From positions 1-64,000 of the forward strand of contig CAXGAI010000017.1 in the NCBI GenBank assembly GCA_964007735.1: DNA of 64,000 bases, written 5' to 3'. Below, piece after piece: positions 9,801 to 20,265 of the stretch (its first letter is position 1; each line of letters begins with the position of its first letter). Below the pieces are notes generated by a model. The model was not told the DNA's origin, ran no database searches, and saw only the letters and a list, made by a program, of their open reading frames with translations. This DNA comes from an uncultured Rhodopirellula sp. GTDB taxonomy: Bacteria > Planctomycetota > Planctomycetia > Pirellulales > Pirellulaceae. A program made the translations under genes and the position numbers.

Positions 9801-12800
9801 CTATTCTTCATCTAGACTCCAAAATTGATCGGTGTCTAATTCTCGCGTTTGATAATGCTCTAAATATGCTTTGTATTCAGCTGTATTGACGTTACCCATA
9901 TGGAGTGGTGGGTACTCCTGCATACCACTAAACGGCAACGGCTCCACACGGTGTCCGGAAATGGTATTAAGATCGGCATCTTTATCCCATCCTACGGAAT
10001 GGATAAGGAAATCCCGCTTCCATCCTTCACGAACAGGAGGCAACTCCCTGAAGACGAGCGTCATTTCATCCCCCGAAGCCAAAACCACCAATTTATTATC
10101 TTCTGCCAGAACCAACTCTGTTGTATCGCCAAACCTGGTGAATTTACCGGCCATAGGCGGCCAGATCATCTCTCTGGTAACGTCTTCGTAAACATAGCGT
10201 TCCGGTCCGTTGTTCAAACGAGGCAAGCGGGCTGAAAATCCACGGTAATGCAAATCCGCACTTAGCAGCGTCGTCGTTTGTAAGAGAGGTTCCTGAGTAT
10301 GCGCATCCACCGCCAAAAGAATTTCGTCCCAATACAATTCCATCGAACTGGAAATACGCAAACGGAAGTCATCGTTTTCGAATTGTTCGACCGGAACATC
10401 TACAACAATCGTCTTTGTTTTACCGCCGGGGAAGCCCATATTGGAAACGACTTCTATCCATGCCGTCTCGCCACTATCGTTTGTACGCGGCATCGAAATA
10501 AACGGAGGCCGTGGACCATTCAGTTCTTCGTTTTGAGACAAAGCGATATTAATCGAAGTGTCCGTTGGAAACATCCAACCTGTCATGACAAGCTGTAAAC
10601 TTTGGGGATTCGATAGATCACCTAAATCCAGTTCCATATAGTACTCTTCAACCAAACCCTGCTTAAGACGTTGGTCGAACAAGCGGGTAAAATTACCATC
10701 TCTGGCAGAAACGACCTCGGTCACGTCATTTCCATTACTGGCAACGACCTTTTCAATGGCACGAAGATTCTCTCGCTTAAAGCTGTGAACGTGAAAGCCC
10801 GATACCGATGGGGGGCCGACTTTCTCGTTGGAAAACACTTCCGTATCTATCGGATGATCAATTGCAATCAACTCAACGTGATCGAAATAAGCGGCTTCCC
10901 ACAACTCTTCAGTCACCTGCATACGGTATTGGCCATTTACTGGCACTAGTTTTTCGCCAGGGATGAGTAAATATTCCCAGCCTCTCGTGGGAGCCTTAAT
11001 CCCCTCGCCAAACTGAAGACCGATAGGAGCGGCCCAAAGCAAATCTGTCAGGAACTCATACTTTTCGCCGGTCCATGTATAGAGATAGGGGCAGGAACCT
11101 TTGAGAAGTTCCTGTTTTTCAGTGAAGGTCAACCTACTGTCAGGTGCTAATAAATTTTGAGGAATACCATTCGTCCACAAGACGCGAACTGCCTCTGCTC
11201 CAGTGTTGGCACCTATTCCAAAGTGCAGTACCGCTCCGTCTGCCTGTTGGCTTTGGTATCCCAACGCACTACGTAAGTCCACCCGTGATCCAACACCATG
11301 AACGTTACATCGCTGGACTTTGAACATCGGATCCGGTTCGGCACACAAACGCACCTTAATCCAGTTATTAGCATTCCCGCCTTCATTGGACAAAATGACG
11401 ATCTTACCGTTTTCTACCACCAACAAATCCAAGTCGCCATCATCATCGACATCATCAACATCCACGTTCGTCACGTTGCCTGACAGGGAAGAAATAGCCT
11501 GCAGCTCCATACCACCGCCTGTATTACGAGCGAGTTCAATTCCTTTCGGCCCCCACAACACCAGATCCCGAAAGCCATCATTGTCATAATCAAGTGGTTG
11601 AAGCTTGATACTCTCACTAGAAAAGTCGCGGGACTGTTGCTTCCACACTTTTCCACCTGGCTCATTACCCGTCAATACAAGATGAATTTTAGAGCCGGTG
11701 GCAGTTACCGTATCAACAGACCCGTTGTTATCAACATCAAAAACCGACAATGCGGTATGCTTTGCCCCACCGATCAGGGCATCCGATGATTCATTCCACT
11801 GTAAACGACCATGTCGGATATTCTCGAAAATGCCTCCGCTTACATAGAGATCCTGCTGCAAGGAGCGATTCGAGTCGGCCAACGCTAACACATGGCTTCC
11901 TTCTGCCCTGGCAGCCTCGGGTAAAGCTTCCTGCGTCACATTCGAGAAAAGCCAGTTTTCATGATTCTTCCAAAGTTGAAGTCCCTGATCACCGAACAAA
12001 ACCACATCGAGGTCACCATCATTTTCAAGATCGGCCACTTGCACATTCGTTACACCCGTCACACCAGCATTAGCGAAGGCAGTTTCCGATACAACCAACG
12101 TTCGCTTTACCTCCTCTTTCGGCAATACGTTTTCGACAATTTGCAAGCCAGACTTACCGAACAGTAGAAAATCAAAGTCCGAAACCACATAAGACTCCGG
12201 GGTGGTCGTTGTTGCATCACGATCAAAATCAACAGCCAACACCCGGCTTACACCGGGACTAACATCCACCGAATGGGTGACCTGCCACTGTTTAGCTTGA
12301 GTATCGTTCTGCAGAATCGATAGTTTTCCTCGCTGTAGCACAACAATATCGAGTTGCCGATCCAGATCAAAGTCCGTAATTTGGGCATCTAAGACATCTT
12401 CTATTTCCTGAAGGTTATCAAGCCCGGTGAATGCCTGATAAGACACTGGAATGCCAACTGGAGCTTGCAATCTCCCCCTTCCCCCGAAATAGTCGCTGGG
12501 AAATTCATGAACAAGATATTCCAGCGGATGTCGCTGTAGCTGAACCATATCCGTGTGATAACCAAAGTCCTGCTTAACCACATTGAAAACCTGAATCATT
12601 CGGATCTTAACCTTAGTCCAAACGGAATCATCACCCGCTTCAATTGCCTCAGTAAACTCCGGCAATTCTGAAGCTAAGTCAATTTTCTGATCTGCCAGTA
12701 ATGACTTATAAGGCGCCAAGACATCCACTGCATTATTTAATGTTTGGACAATATCACTATCTTTAGACTCCGCCTGTAAGCGGACCACATTTTCCAGAAC

Positions 12801-13400
12801 AATCAGGTTATCCGGATTCACTTCGGCCGCTTCCCTGACCACCCGGGCACGGTCTTCGGCCTGCCCATTTCTCAGCAAGGCAAACAATTCCATTAATGCC
12901 ATACGGTCATTAGGGTTCTTCTCATAAGCCGCTCTAAACAACTTCGCCGCGGCCACTTCATCACCAAGCGTGACATACAGCTTGGCCTCAAGCATGTCGA
13001 CAATCCCCGAATTCGGATCTTTCCCCCGTAGTGAGACTAAGGCTTTTTTAGCGAGCTCCAGCGTAAGATTGTATTTCTCACGAGCTTCGTCACGTTTTGC
13101 ATGTTGTTTTTCAACAGCCAAAATGCCCGCAATCGCGAGATTGCGAACACCCAACATCGCATCCGGAGCTTCTCGCACCACGCTCGTAAAAATCCGGATA
13201 CTCTCAGTACCATCATTCTCCAGTTTATTGGGGATATTCTCGACCGAAGCCAAACCACGGTTAGTCAGAGAGACTAACTCTTCGGAACTTAAGTTACTCC
13301 CACCGGGAATCCCCCATATTGCAAACCAGATTCCCGTTCCAAGAACCAAAAGTCCGATGAGCAGTGGCAACTTCTTTTTACGATTGGCGTTGTCTTCCAT
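9801..13400 (-). CDS. Large TPR + FG-GAP/VCBS + ASPIC/UnbV protein with a C-terminal domain beginning GSCPYLY
   Basis: N-terminal TM helix; helical TPR-like region; D[FL]DxDGDLD repeats; LHFGIG...VRVLWTNG; GSCPYLYTWTG...GWDKDADLNT. Confidence 0.85.
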   Translation of the reverse strand: MEDNANRKKKLPLLIGLLVLGTGIWFAIWGIPGGSNLSSEELVSLTNRGLASVENIPNKLENDGTESIRIFTSVVREAPDAMLGVRNLAIAGILAVEKQHAKRDEAREKYNLTLELAKKALVSLRGKDPNSGIVDMLEAKLYVTLGDEVAAAKLFRAAYEKNPNDRMALMELFALLRNGQAEDRARVVREAAEVNPDNLIVLENVVRLQAESKDSDIVQTLNNAVDVLAPYKSLLADQKIDLASELPEFTEAIEAGDDSVWTKVKIRMIQVFNVVKQDFGYHTDMVQLQRHPLEYLVHEFPSDYFGGRGRLQAPVGIPVSYQAFTGLDNLQEIEDVLDAQITDFDLDRQLDIVVLQRGKLSILQNDTQAKQWQVTHSVDVSPGVSRVLAVDFDRDATTTTPESYVVSDFDFLLFGKSGLQIVENVLPKEEVKRTLVVSETAFANAGVTGVTNVQVADLENDGDLDVVLFGDQGLQLWKNHENWLFSNVTQEALPEAARAEGSHVLALADSNRSLQQDLYVSGGIFENIRHGRLQWNESSDALIGGAKHTALSVFDVDNNGSVDTVTATGSKIHLVLTGNEPGGKVWKQQSRDFSSESIKLQPLDYDNDGFRDLVLWGPKGIELARNTGGGMELQAISSLSGNVTNVDVDDVDDDGDLDLLVVENGKIVILSNEGGNANNWIKVRLCAEPDPMFKVQRCNVHGVGSRVDLRSALGYQSQQADGAVLHFGIGANTGAEAVRVLWTNGIPQNLLAPDSRLTFTEKQELLKGSCPYLYTWTGEKYEFLTDLLWAAPIGLQFGEGIKAPTRGWEYLLIPGEKLVPVNGQYRMQVTEELWEAAYFDHVELIAIDHPIDTEVFSNEKVGPPSVSGFHVHSFKRENLRAIEKVVASNGNDVTEVVSARDGNFTRLFDQRLKQGLVEEYYMELDLGDLSNPQSLQLVMTGWMFPTDTSINIALSQNEELNGPRPPFISMPRTNDSGETAWIEVVSNMGFPGGKTKTIVVDVPVEQFENDDFRLRISSSMELYWDEILLAVDAHTQEPLLQTTTLLSADLHYRGFSARLPRLNNGPERYVYEDVTREMIWPPMAGKFTRFGDTTELVLAEDNKLVVLASGDEMTLVFRELPPVREGWKRDFLIHSVGWDKDADLNTISGHRVEPLPFSGMQEYPPLHMGNVNTAEYKAYLEHYQTRELDTDQFWSLDEE

Positions 13401-13455
13401 TACTTATCCAATTTCCACGAGTTTTTGCCTCAACACCCTTATAGATGGTGCCAGG

Positions 13456-14772
13456 CTATTTCCGGATGCAGTAGAGAGCCTCATCGGTTCGTACGAGCAG
13501 ATGGCCGTCCACGACCGAAGGACTGGCAAACAAAGTCCCACTGAGTGTACTTTCCCCAAGCTCTTTGTATTCCTTACCGGGTTCAATCACTGTTACCTTA
13601 GCATCACGTTCAAAGAAATAAATTTTACCGTCGGCATATAACGGAGACGCCCAGTAGCGCGAACCCATCCGGTGCACCCAAATGGATTCTCCCGTCATAG
13701 CATTCAGGCAAGTAACAATCCCATTATCTGACGCAAAGTACATTTCATTCCCCACAACCACCACACTGGATACATTTGGGACCTGCTTATTAAACCGCCA
13801 TTGAATTTTACCTTCGTACTTCCCGTCTTCTTCTACGATCTTCAATGCCAGCAATTCACTTTTCAAATATCCGGTATTAATGTAGACCATCCCGTGTGCG
13901 GCAACCGGACGACCGGCATTGGAGAACCCAAGCACACCATAACTGGTTTTCCATAGTTCTTCTCCGGTTTCCGGATCGTAACCAAAAATCCAGTCAGCGG
14001 CAGGCGAAACGATCTGATCTTTTCCATTAACATCCACAACGATGGACGTGGCATAAGCCTTGCGCAACTGAGGTTCTTCACGAAGCTCACCGGATCGTGT
14101 TGTCTTCCAAAGAATTTCGCCGGTATTCTTATCCAACGCCACGATATACTGTAAGTCGATTCCATCGCAGTGAATAAAGAGGCGATCTTGCCAAAGAATT
14201 GGCGAACTGCCAGGGCCGTTCTCATGCTTAACACGTAAAGTCCGATTAGACCACAACACCTTTTCCGTCTTCATATCCAGGCAGGCAATTCCCATGGGAC
14301 CATAGTGACAGTAAAGCTTATCGCCATCAATAATCGGAGTAGGTGTCGCGTAGGAATTCACTTGATGTATAAACTGAGGGTTCTCTTCGGTGAGAAGTTC
14401 GATATCCTTGAGAACTTTCCCTGTCTCCAGATCAAGACATTGAACACGCAGGCTAACGTGGGATGAAATAATCAACGGCTGCGAACTCGTCGTAGTTTTC
14501 TTAACCACCTCCTTGCGTTCTTCTGATGCCTCTTTATCAATTCCTGTCGTCACCCAAACCTTACCGTCTACGACAACAGGCGTAGACCAGCCTAACCCCG
14601 GGACTTTGTGTTTCCAGGCGGCATCGGATTCTGAAAACTGAACCGGTAGATTTTTGGCATCCGCATGACCTTGCCCGTCGATACCTCGCCATTCAGGAAA
14701 CAAATCGCCTGCTTGCACCACGCCGACCACAACAAAACTAAAGATAAATGCACGAAGCAATAGACGTCGCAT
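13456..14772 (-). CDS. PQQ-binding-like (BamB-like) beta-propeller protein
   Basis: Signal peptide MRRLLLRAF...VVQA; FPEWRG, GLGWSTPVV and ALDKNTGEILWKT repeats. Start at 14772 is preferred over 14901. Confidence 0.85.
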   Translation of the reverse strand: MRRLLLRAFIFSFVVVGVVQAGDLFPEWRGIDGQGHADAKNLPVQFSESDAAWKHKVPGLGWSTPVVVDGKVWVTTGIDKEASEERKEVVKKTTTSSQPLIISSHVSLRVQCLDLETGKVLKDIELLTEENPQFIHQVNSYATPTPIIDGDKLYCHYGPMGIACLDMKTEKVLWSNRTLRVKHENGPGSSPILWQDRLFIHCDGIDLQYIVALDKNTGEILWKTTRSGELREEPQLRKAYATSIVVDVNGKDQIVSPAADWIFGYDPETGEELWKTSYGVLGFSNAGRPVAAHGMVYINTGYLKSELLALKIVEEDGKYEGKIQWRFNKQVPNVSSVVVVGNEMYFASDNGIVTCLNAMTGESIWVHRMGSRYWASPLYADGKIYFFERDAKVTVIEPGKEYKELGESTLSGTLFASPSVVDGHLLVRTDEALYCIRK

Positions 14773-14950
14773 TACAAATCTCGCTAACAAATAAAAAGAT
14801 AAACCATTGCAAATAGAAGCCTCATTATATCGTGAAGCCGCAATAAGTGCGCCTCCTGCCCCATCCCCGAGAAATGCGAAAAACGAACCGCGACAATCCA
14901 ATCCCGAAGATCGATGAGCCCGAACCTGCAGATGGCAGTTTTAAGAATGC

Positions 14951-16369
14951 CTAACGGTTTTCCCCGAGAATAAACTGAAGCATTTCCAGGAGGATCTCTT
15001 CAGAAATTGTTTCTTCGATGGTTCCATATTCTGAAATATCACCGGTTTCGGCATGCTGCAACATATGGTTCAGTGACTCATACTCAAGAATCGAATAGGT
15101 TTTTCCAGGCCGACTCGAAAGCAATTGCTCCATCACGGGAGCATTCTGAAAAGCGGGGACTTGCAGGTCCTTTTCCCCAAAAACAGCAAGAACAGGACAA
15201 CGCGTTCGAATCCAATCACTGGCCGGGTCATGCGCCAAAAAAAACTTCATCCATGCACCTTGAAGCTGTTTGGCAATCGCATCCACTTCCTGAGCCAAAA
15301 CAGGACCTGCCAGTCTCAGGGCAAGAGGAGCAGAACTCAACCTTCGATCCAAAGCTGTTTTGCTTTTCAGCCGGGCCTTTTCCAGATCTTCCTCAACAAG
15401 AGCAATATCGATCAACTCAGAATAGAGAGGCATAAACCAATCCAGGGTTTCTTTCGGCACTCCCTGAGCTGACCGCAACAGACGGTTTTGTACAACCAAC
15501 ACGTCCTTACCCGAGACGGCGGTGCCCGCCAGGGAAACGATACCACCGATCTTCCTGTCCTGGGCGGCCACTAAGGCAGCAATATATCCGCCTTCGCTAT
15601 GACCAACTAACCAAATGTCTTTTGGATTCATACGGGGATAGGATCGTAAAAACTTAACGGTGGCTTGCACATCCGTTGCGTAGTCTAAGGATGTCTCGTT
15701 TCCGTCCCCTGCTTCGCTACCACCAATCCCACGGTCGTCCACTCGCAGTACTGCGACACCGTTTCTCGTTAAATAATCAGCAATCACCCAAAAAGGCTTA
15801 TGTTCCAGGATGGTCTCATTACGGTCCTGACGTCCGGATCCAGTAATGAGAATCGCTGCGGTAAATCTCCTGCCTTCACGAGGTATCGTCAATGTTCCGG
15901 CCAACTTCAATCCGCTCTCACCATTTGTGTACTCCACATCCCTGGAATCATAGGGGAAGGGAGGCTTTGGCGTTTGGGGACGAGCTAATTCAGGAAATTC
16001 ATCCACACGTTCGAGCAGTAGAGAGATGGGAATGCCTTGTACAAAAATTCCTTTTAGCTTCGTACCTTCTTCAATGAGAGTGCCGCTATAGCTAATCTGC
16101 ATAGAAGGTTTTTCAAAAGAGAGAATATTATCTGCATACTTCACTTTTTCCATCGGGATAGAAACCGGAGTCTGGTCGAGACTGTAGAAGTCGACTCGAT
16201 ATCCCTCCCCTTCGCGTGAAATTTGCATGCCGATACGTAGATTGGTGGCCCCAATCTTGAGACGGCCAAACCATTTTCCGTCAAGCGAAGGGGGCGATTT
16301 CTGAGCATAACTGGTCGCATGCATGCTTATTAGCATGAGCATCATAAAGATTAACTTTATTCGCGCCAT
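14951..16369 (-). CDS. Secreted alpha/beta-fold hydrolase
   Basis: Signal peptide; LAGTLTIP, GSGRQDRNE, RVDDRGIGGS; nucleophile motif GHSEGG; LNHMLQ. Confidence 0.85.
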   Translation of the reverse strand: MARIKLIFMMLMLISMHATSYAQKSPPSLDGKWFGRLKIGATNLRIGMQISREGEGYRVDFYSLDQTPVSIPMEKVKYADNILSFEKPSMQISYSGTLIEEGTKLKGIFVQGIPISLLLERVDEFPELARPQTPKPPFPYDSRDVEYTNGESGLKLAGTLTIPREGRRFTAAILITGSGRQDRNETILEHKPFWVIADYLTRNGVAVLRVDDRGIGGSEAGDGNETSLDYATDVQATVKFLRSYPRMNPKDIWLVGHSEGGYIAALVAAQDRKIGGIVSLAGTAVSGKDVLVVQNRLLRSAQGVPKETLDWFMPLYSELIDIALVEEDLEKARLKSKTALDRRLSSAPLALRLAGPVLAQEVDAIAKQLQGAWMKFFLAHDPASDWIRTRCPVLAVFGEKDLQVPAFQNAPVMEQLLSSRPGKTYSILEYESLNHMLQHAETGDISEYGTIEETISEEILLEMLQFILGENR

Positions 16370-16508
16370 CTGAGTTTTCCTTCCTCCCCCTGTTTTCTCG
16401 AACCGACAGTTCGATACAATTACCTCTTAATTACTTGCCAATACGGATGATTTTTTCACACAATAACGTATCCGTTTCATTTTAATCACTCTGACTGACA
16501 ACACATCG

Positions 16509-17282
16509 ATGCTAATCACCCTTTCCCCGGCCAAAACACTCAACTTCGAACCCCAGTCGATCCTCAAAGAATCTACGATACCAACTTTCATAAAAGAGTC
16601 TCGTAAGATTATCAAAGAAATGCGGACCTACGATACAGCCGGTCTGGAAACGCTAATGGGCACGAGTACGGCCATCGCGGAAACCAATGTCAAGCGATTT
16701 AAGAACTGGACAACGCCATTTACGTCAGAGAATGCCAAGCAGGCCGTGCTCGCATTCAAAGGACAGGTCTACGATGGTCTCAAAGCTTGGGAAATGAACG
16801 AGCAGGACTTACAAACTTCCCAACGTTATCTACGTATTCTGTCTGGGCTCTATGGTTTACTAAAACCTCTCGATCTCATGCAGGCTTACCGACTGGAGAT
16901 GGGAACAAAAGTGAGCATCGCAGGCTTCAAGAACCTTTATGATTTCTGGGGCGACCAAATCACTAACGAAATCAATCGTGATTTGAATGAATACGGTTAC
17001 AACACGCTGATCAATCTGGCTTCGAACGAGTATTTTAAAGCTGTCAAAAAGAAGAACATCCAAGCTCGAATCATCACTCCGAATTTTAAAGAAGAACGTG
17101 ATGGAGGCTATAAAATGATCACTTTCTATGCCAAAGTTGCACGCGGACTCATGACCCGATTCATCATCGAAAACGCACTTGACGATCCGGAGATGATCAA
17201 AACGTTTGATGTCGATGGTTATCGATTCCATCCTGATCTGTCGACTGAAAACGAATGGATATTTACTCGCAAGAGTTCCTAA
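16509..17282 (+). CDS. yaaA: Peroxide stress protein YaaA (UPF0246)
   Basis: LSPAKTL, ILSGLYGLLKPLD, YRLEMG, INLASNEY, AKVARG. Confidence 0.95.
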   Translation: MLITLSPAKTLNFEPQSILKESTIPTFIKESRKIIKEMRTYDTAGLETLMGTSTAIAETNVKRFKNWTTPFTSENAKQAVLAFKGQVYDGLKAWEMNEQDLQTSQRYLRILSGLYGLLKPLDLMQAYRLEMGTKVSIAGFKNLYDFWGDQITNEINRDLNEYGYNTLINLASNEYFKAVKKKNIQARIITPNFKEERDGGYKMITFYAKVARGLMTRFIIENALDDPEMIKTFDVDGYRFHPDLSTENEWIFTRKSS

Positions 17283-17288
17283 AAGTGC

Positions 17289-18092
17289 TTAGCGATATTT
17301 AGCCTTCAAAATAAAGTCGACAATCGGCGTAGAATCTTCCAGGCCATGAGGATGGTGCCCTACTCCTGGTTTAGCAATCAGTTTTATGCTGCCACCCATC
17401 GATTTATAACGTCTGGCAACTACGCCGGTGTTCTCGTCCCAGGGAACCACCTCGTCCGCATCACCATAAACGTGCAACAACGGTACACCGGCTTTTACTA
17501 ATGGCCTCAGGTTATCCACTGGATTGCCTTCATACTCGAGTGCTTCCCCTTCTGTTTTGAACTCATAAACCTGCAAAACACGTTTCCATTCCGATGCCGA
17601 TCCTTTTCCATTCCCTTTGCCACCTGGCCAACTTTTGAAATCACAGACTGCCGCGTCATTATAAATACACGATACCCGGGAAGGGTTCGCAATCGCCCAA
17701 TTCATGCAATACAAGCCTCCACGACTCAAGCCAACCAAAGCGACCTTGGGGGCAAACCCATATTTGGAGGTTAACTCTGCATACAATCCGTCCCAGTACA
17801 TTACTGCAACGGGAGCTCCCAACAGGTTTTGCACTTTCATGTAGACAATGTGATAACCTTTTTTTAGCAACGCAATATCAGGATTTGGCTTATGGCCAAA
17901 AAACTCTCCATGCCAAACCCAGGGGAAACCTTCAGCCGGTTTATCCGGAGCAACAACAACGACTGATTTCCCCTTCACCTGAAAGTCATGTCGAGTGAAT
18001 CCATGCCAGTCGGATTCTTTTCCAGGAAAGTCAACAGCCGTTGTCACCGACGTAAGACAAACTAATACCAAAACACTTCGAATAACTAACAT
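17289..18092 (-). CDS. Secreted alpha/beta hydrolase (esterase-like)
   Basis: Signal peptide; GLSRGG nucleophile motif; HVYGDADEVVP; GHHPHG. Confidence 0.8.
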   Translation of the reverse strand: MLVIRSVLVLVCLTSVTTAVDFPGKESDWHGFTRHDFQVKGKSVVVVAPDKPAEGFPWVWHGEFFGHKPNPDIALLKKGYHIVYMKVQNLLGAPVAVMYWDGLYAELTSKYGFAPKVALVGLSRGGLYCMNWAIANPSRVSCIYNDAAVCDFKSWPGGKGNGKGSASEWKRVLQVYEFKTEGEALEYEGNPVDNLRPLVKAGVPLLHVYGDADEVVPWDENTGVVARRYKSMGGSIKLIAKPGVGHHPHGLEDSTPIVDFILKAKYR

Positions 18093-18115
18093 CGGGTTCC
18101 CTTTAAAAGTGGTGA

Positions 18116-19639
18116 TTATTTGCTTTCGGCTAACTTATCGGCCGGCCCGAGAGGAAACTTTTTACTTGGCACGTGTTCGCTCTTCATTAACTCGCGGATC
18201 TCAGCGACAATCTCCGGAAATTTATCCGCTACATCATTTGATTCTGAGGGATCCTTGCGAAGGTTATACAATTCAATCTTCAAAGGATTGGGATTATTGC
18301 GAAGCATTTTCTGACGTATACCTTTCCAATCTCCCATCCAAACAGCTTGTTGGCCTCCATAGCCTGAAAATTCGCGATACAGAAACTCGCGTTTGGGCTG
18401 TTTAGCACCAAATAAAGCGGAGGCAATGCTTATCCCGTCTACACCTTCCGGCAGATTACCAGAGGCTCCGATTAGATCGAGCAGCGTAGGCATCCAGTCT
18501 TCCAATCCAGTGACAACGTGCGACCTAGAGCCCGCTTTGATTTTCTTTGGCCACTTGACCAGTAGCGGCACGCGAATTCCACCTTCGTAAAGTGACCCCT
18601 TCAGACCTCGTAATTCCCCTACGCTATTAAAAAAGTCGTAGTCCACTTCTTTCTTGAGGTGTGTTGTGCCGTTGTCCGACGTAAAAATCACAATGGTATT
18701 ATCGCTAAGCCCCAGTTCTTCCACGGTTTCAAGGACATTGCCAATGTAACGGTCCATCCGGGTAATCATCGCGGCATAAGCAGCACGAGGCGTGAAGTGT
18801 GGCGTATAACCGTAGCCACCATCACGTACGAATGGTGGATCCTTCCAGCCTAATTCCAGATATGGCTTGAGTTCTTCGTCGGGCACATGTAATGCCACAT
18901 GGGGAATAACCGTTGGATAGTAAAGAAAAAACGGATTGTCTTTATTTTCTCTTATGAAATTTATAGCCTGCTGGTTAATACGATCGGGAGCGTAATCCTT
19001 CCCTTTGAAGATGTCATAACTGCGAGGATCGGTTGGATCGGTTCCATTAGCTAAATCGGCATGTCCGGGTACAGGCGGGACATTGTTTAACGTAATTCGT
19101 TTGTCATTGCTCCAGAGGTAGTTGGGGTAGTAACTGTGGGCATGGCGTTGGCAGTTGTAACCAAAGAACCTGTCAAATCCCTGAAAAACGGGATCTCCTT
19201 CTGAACCCGGCCCACCGAGTCCCCACTTTCCAAACGCTCCGGTTTGATACCCCAGATCCGCCAACACTTCTGCCATCGTGATTGTGGAATCCGGAATCGG
19301 GCCCTGGCCTTCCGGCTTCAGTTCACTGTTATTACGAATATAGGCATGCCCGGGATGCTGCCCTGTCATCAATACACATCGGGACGGTGCACAAACGGCA
19401 TTTCCAGAATAATTTCTGGTAAAACGCATACCCTCGGATGCTAACTGATCAAGATGAGGGGTTTTAATGAGTTTCTGACCATAGGAACCAAGCTCTCGAT
19501 ACCCAAGATCATCTGCCATGACAAGGATAATATTAGGTTTGTCTGCTCTAACAACTGCTCCGATTCCCAGCAGAAACAGAGCAAGCATCAATCCAGAAAA
19601 GCCACACTTACCTACCGTGATTAACCGCGTTCGTATCAT
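18116..19639 (-). CDS. Arylsulfatase (formylglycine-dependent S1 sulfatase)
   Basis: KPNIILVMADDLG; CAPSR sulfatase signature; GKWGLG; FTSDNG; KGSLYEGGIRVP. Exact start is uncertain (19639 or 19681). Confidence 0.95.
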   Translation of the reverse strand: MIRTRLITVGKCGFSGLMLALFLLGIGAVVRADKPNIILVMADDLGYRELGSYGQKLIKTPHLDQLASEGMRFTRNYSGNAVCAPSRCVLMTGQHPGHAYIRNNSELKPEGQGPIPDSTITMAEVLADLGYQTGAFGKWGLGGPGSEGDPVFQGFDRFFGYNCQRHAHSYYPNYLWSNDKRITLNNVPPVPGHADLANGTDPTDPRSYDIFKGKDYAPDRINQQAINFIRENKDNPFFLYYPTVIPHVALHVPDEELKPYLELGWKDPPFVRDGGYGYTPHFTPRAAYAAMITRMDRYIGNVLETVEELGLSDNTIVIFTSDNGTTHLKKEVDYDFFNSVGELRGLKGSLYEGGIRVPLLVKWPKKIKAGSRSHVVTGLEDWMPTLLDLIGASGNLPEGVDGISIASALFGAKQPKREFLYREFSGYGGQQAVWMGDWKGIRQKMLRNNPNPLKIELYNLRKDPSESNDVADKFPEIVAEIRELMKSEHVPSKKFPLGPADKLAESK

Positions 19640-19731
19640 ATTGCCGTTCCTTACCGTCGAGCATATCGTAGAATGAGTCAAAATCTTCGTTTATTTGAAA
19701 CCATCAGTATAGCAATCATTCAGGAAAACTT

Positions 19732-20265
19732 ATGAGTTCACCACTTTCCAATCAACGAATTCTGGTCATCGTAGGCGACATTTATGAAGATCTGGAACTC
19801 TGGTACCCCAAACTCCGCATGCTTGAAGCAGGCGCGGAAGTGGTAGTCGCAGGCCCCGAAGCAAATACTGTCTACGCTGGAAAGAATGGCTATCCATGTA
19901 AATCAGATGCCGCTTTGCATGCCATCGATCCATCTGCGTTTGACGGTCTATTAGTACCTGGTGGATTTATGCCTGACAAGTTACGGCGAGAGCAAGTTGT
20001 GTTGGACATTGTTCGTCATTTCCATGACGAACAAAAACTAATCGCCGCGATTTGTCACGGCGGCTGGATTCCAATTTCCGCAGGAGTTTATCGGGGCATC
20101 CGCGTGACAGGCAGCCTCGGAATCAAAGATGACCTAATCAATGCCGGAGCGATTTGGGAAGACGCGGCCGTTGTGATTGATAACCACCATGTCTCTAGCC
20201 GCAAGCCAGATGACTTACCTGAATTTTGCAAAGGGATGCTCGAAGTCCTGACTCGCACACATTAG
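19732..20265 (+). CDS. DJ-1/PfpI family (class I glutamine amidotransferase-like) protein
   Basis: YEDLELWYP; PGGFMPDKLR; AAICHG; SSRKPDDL. Confidence 0.9.
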   Translation: MSSPLSNQRILVIVGDIYEDLELWYPKLRMLEAGAEVVVAGPEANTVYAGKNGYPCKSDAALHAIDPSAFDGLLVPGGFMPDKLRREQVVLDIVRHFHDEQKLIAAICHGGWIPISAGVYRGIRVTGSLGIKDDLINAGAIWEDAAVVIDNHHVSSRKPDDLPEFCKGMLEVLTRTH

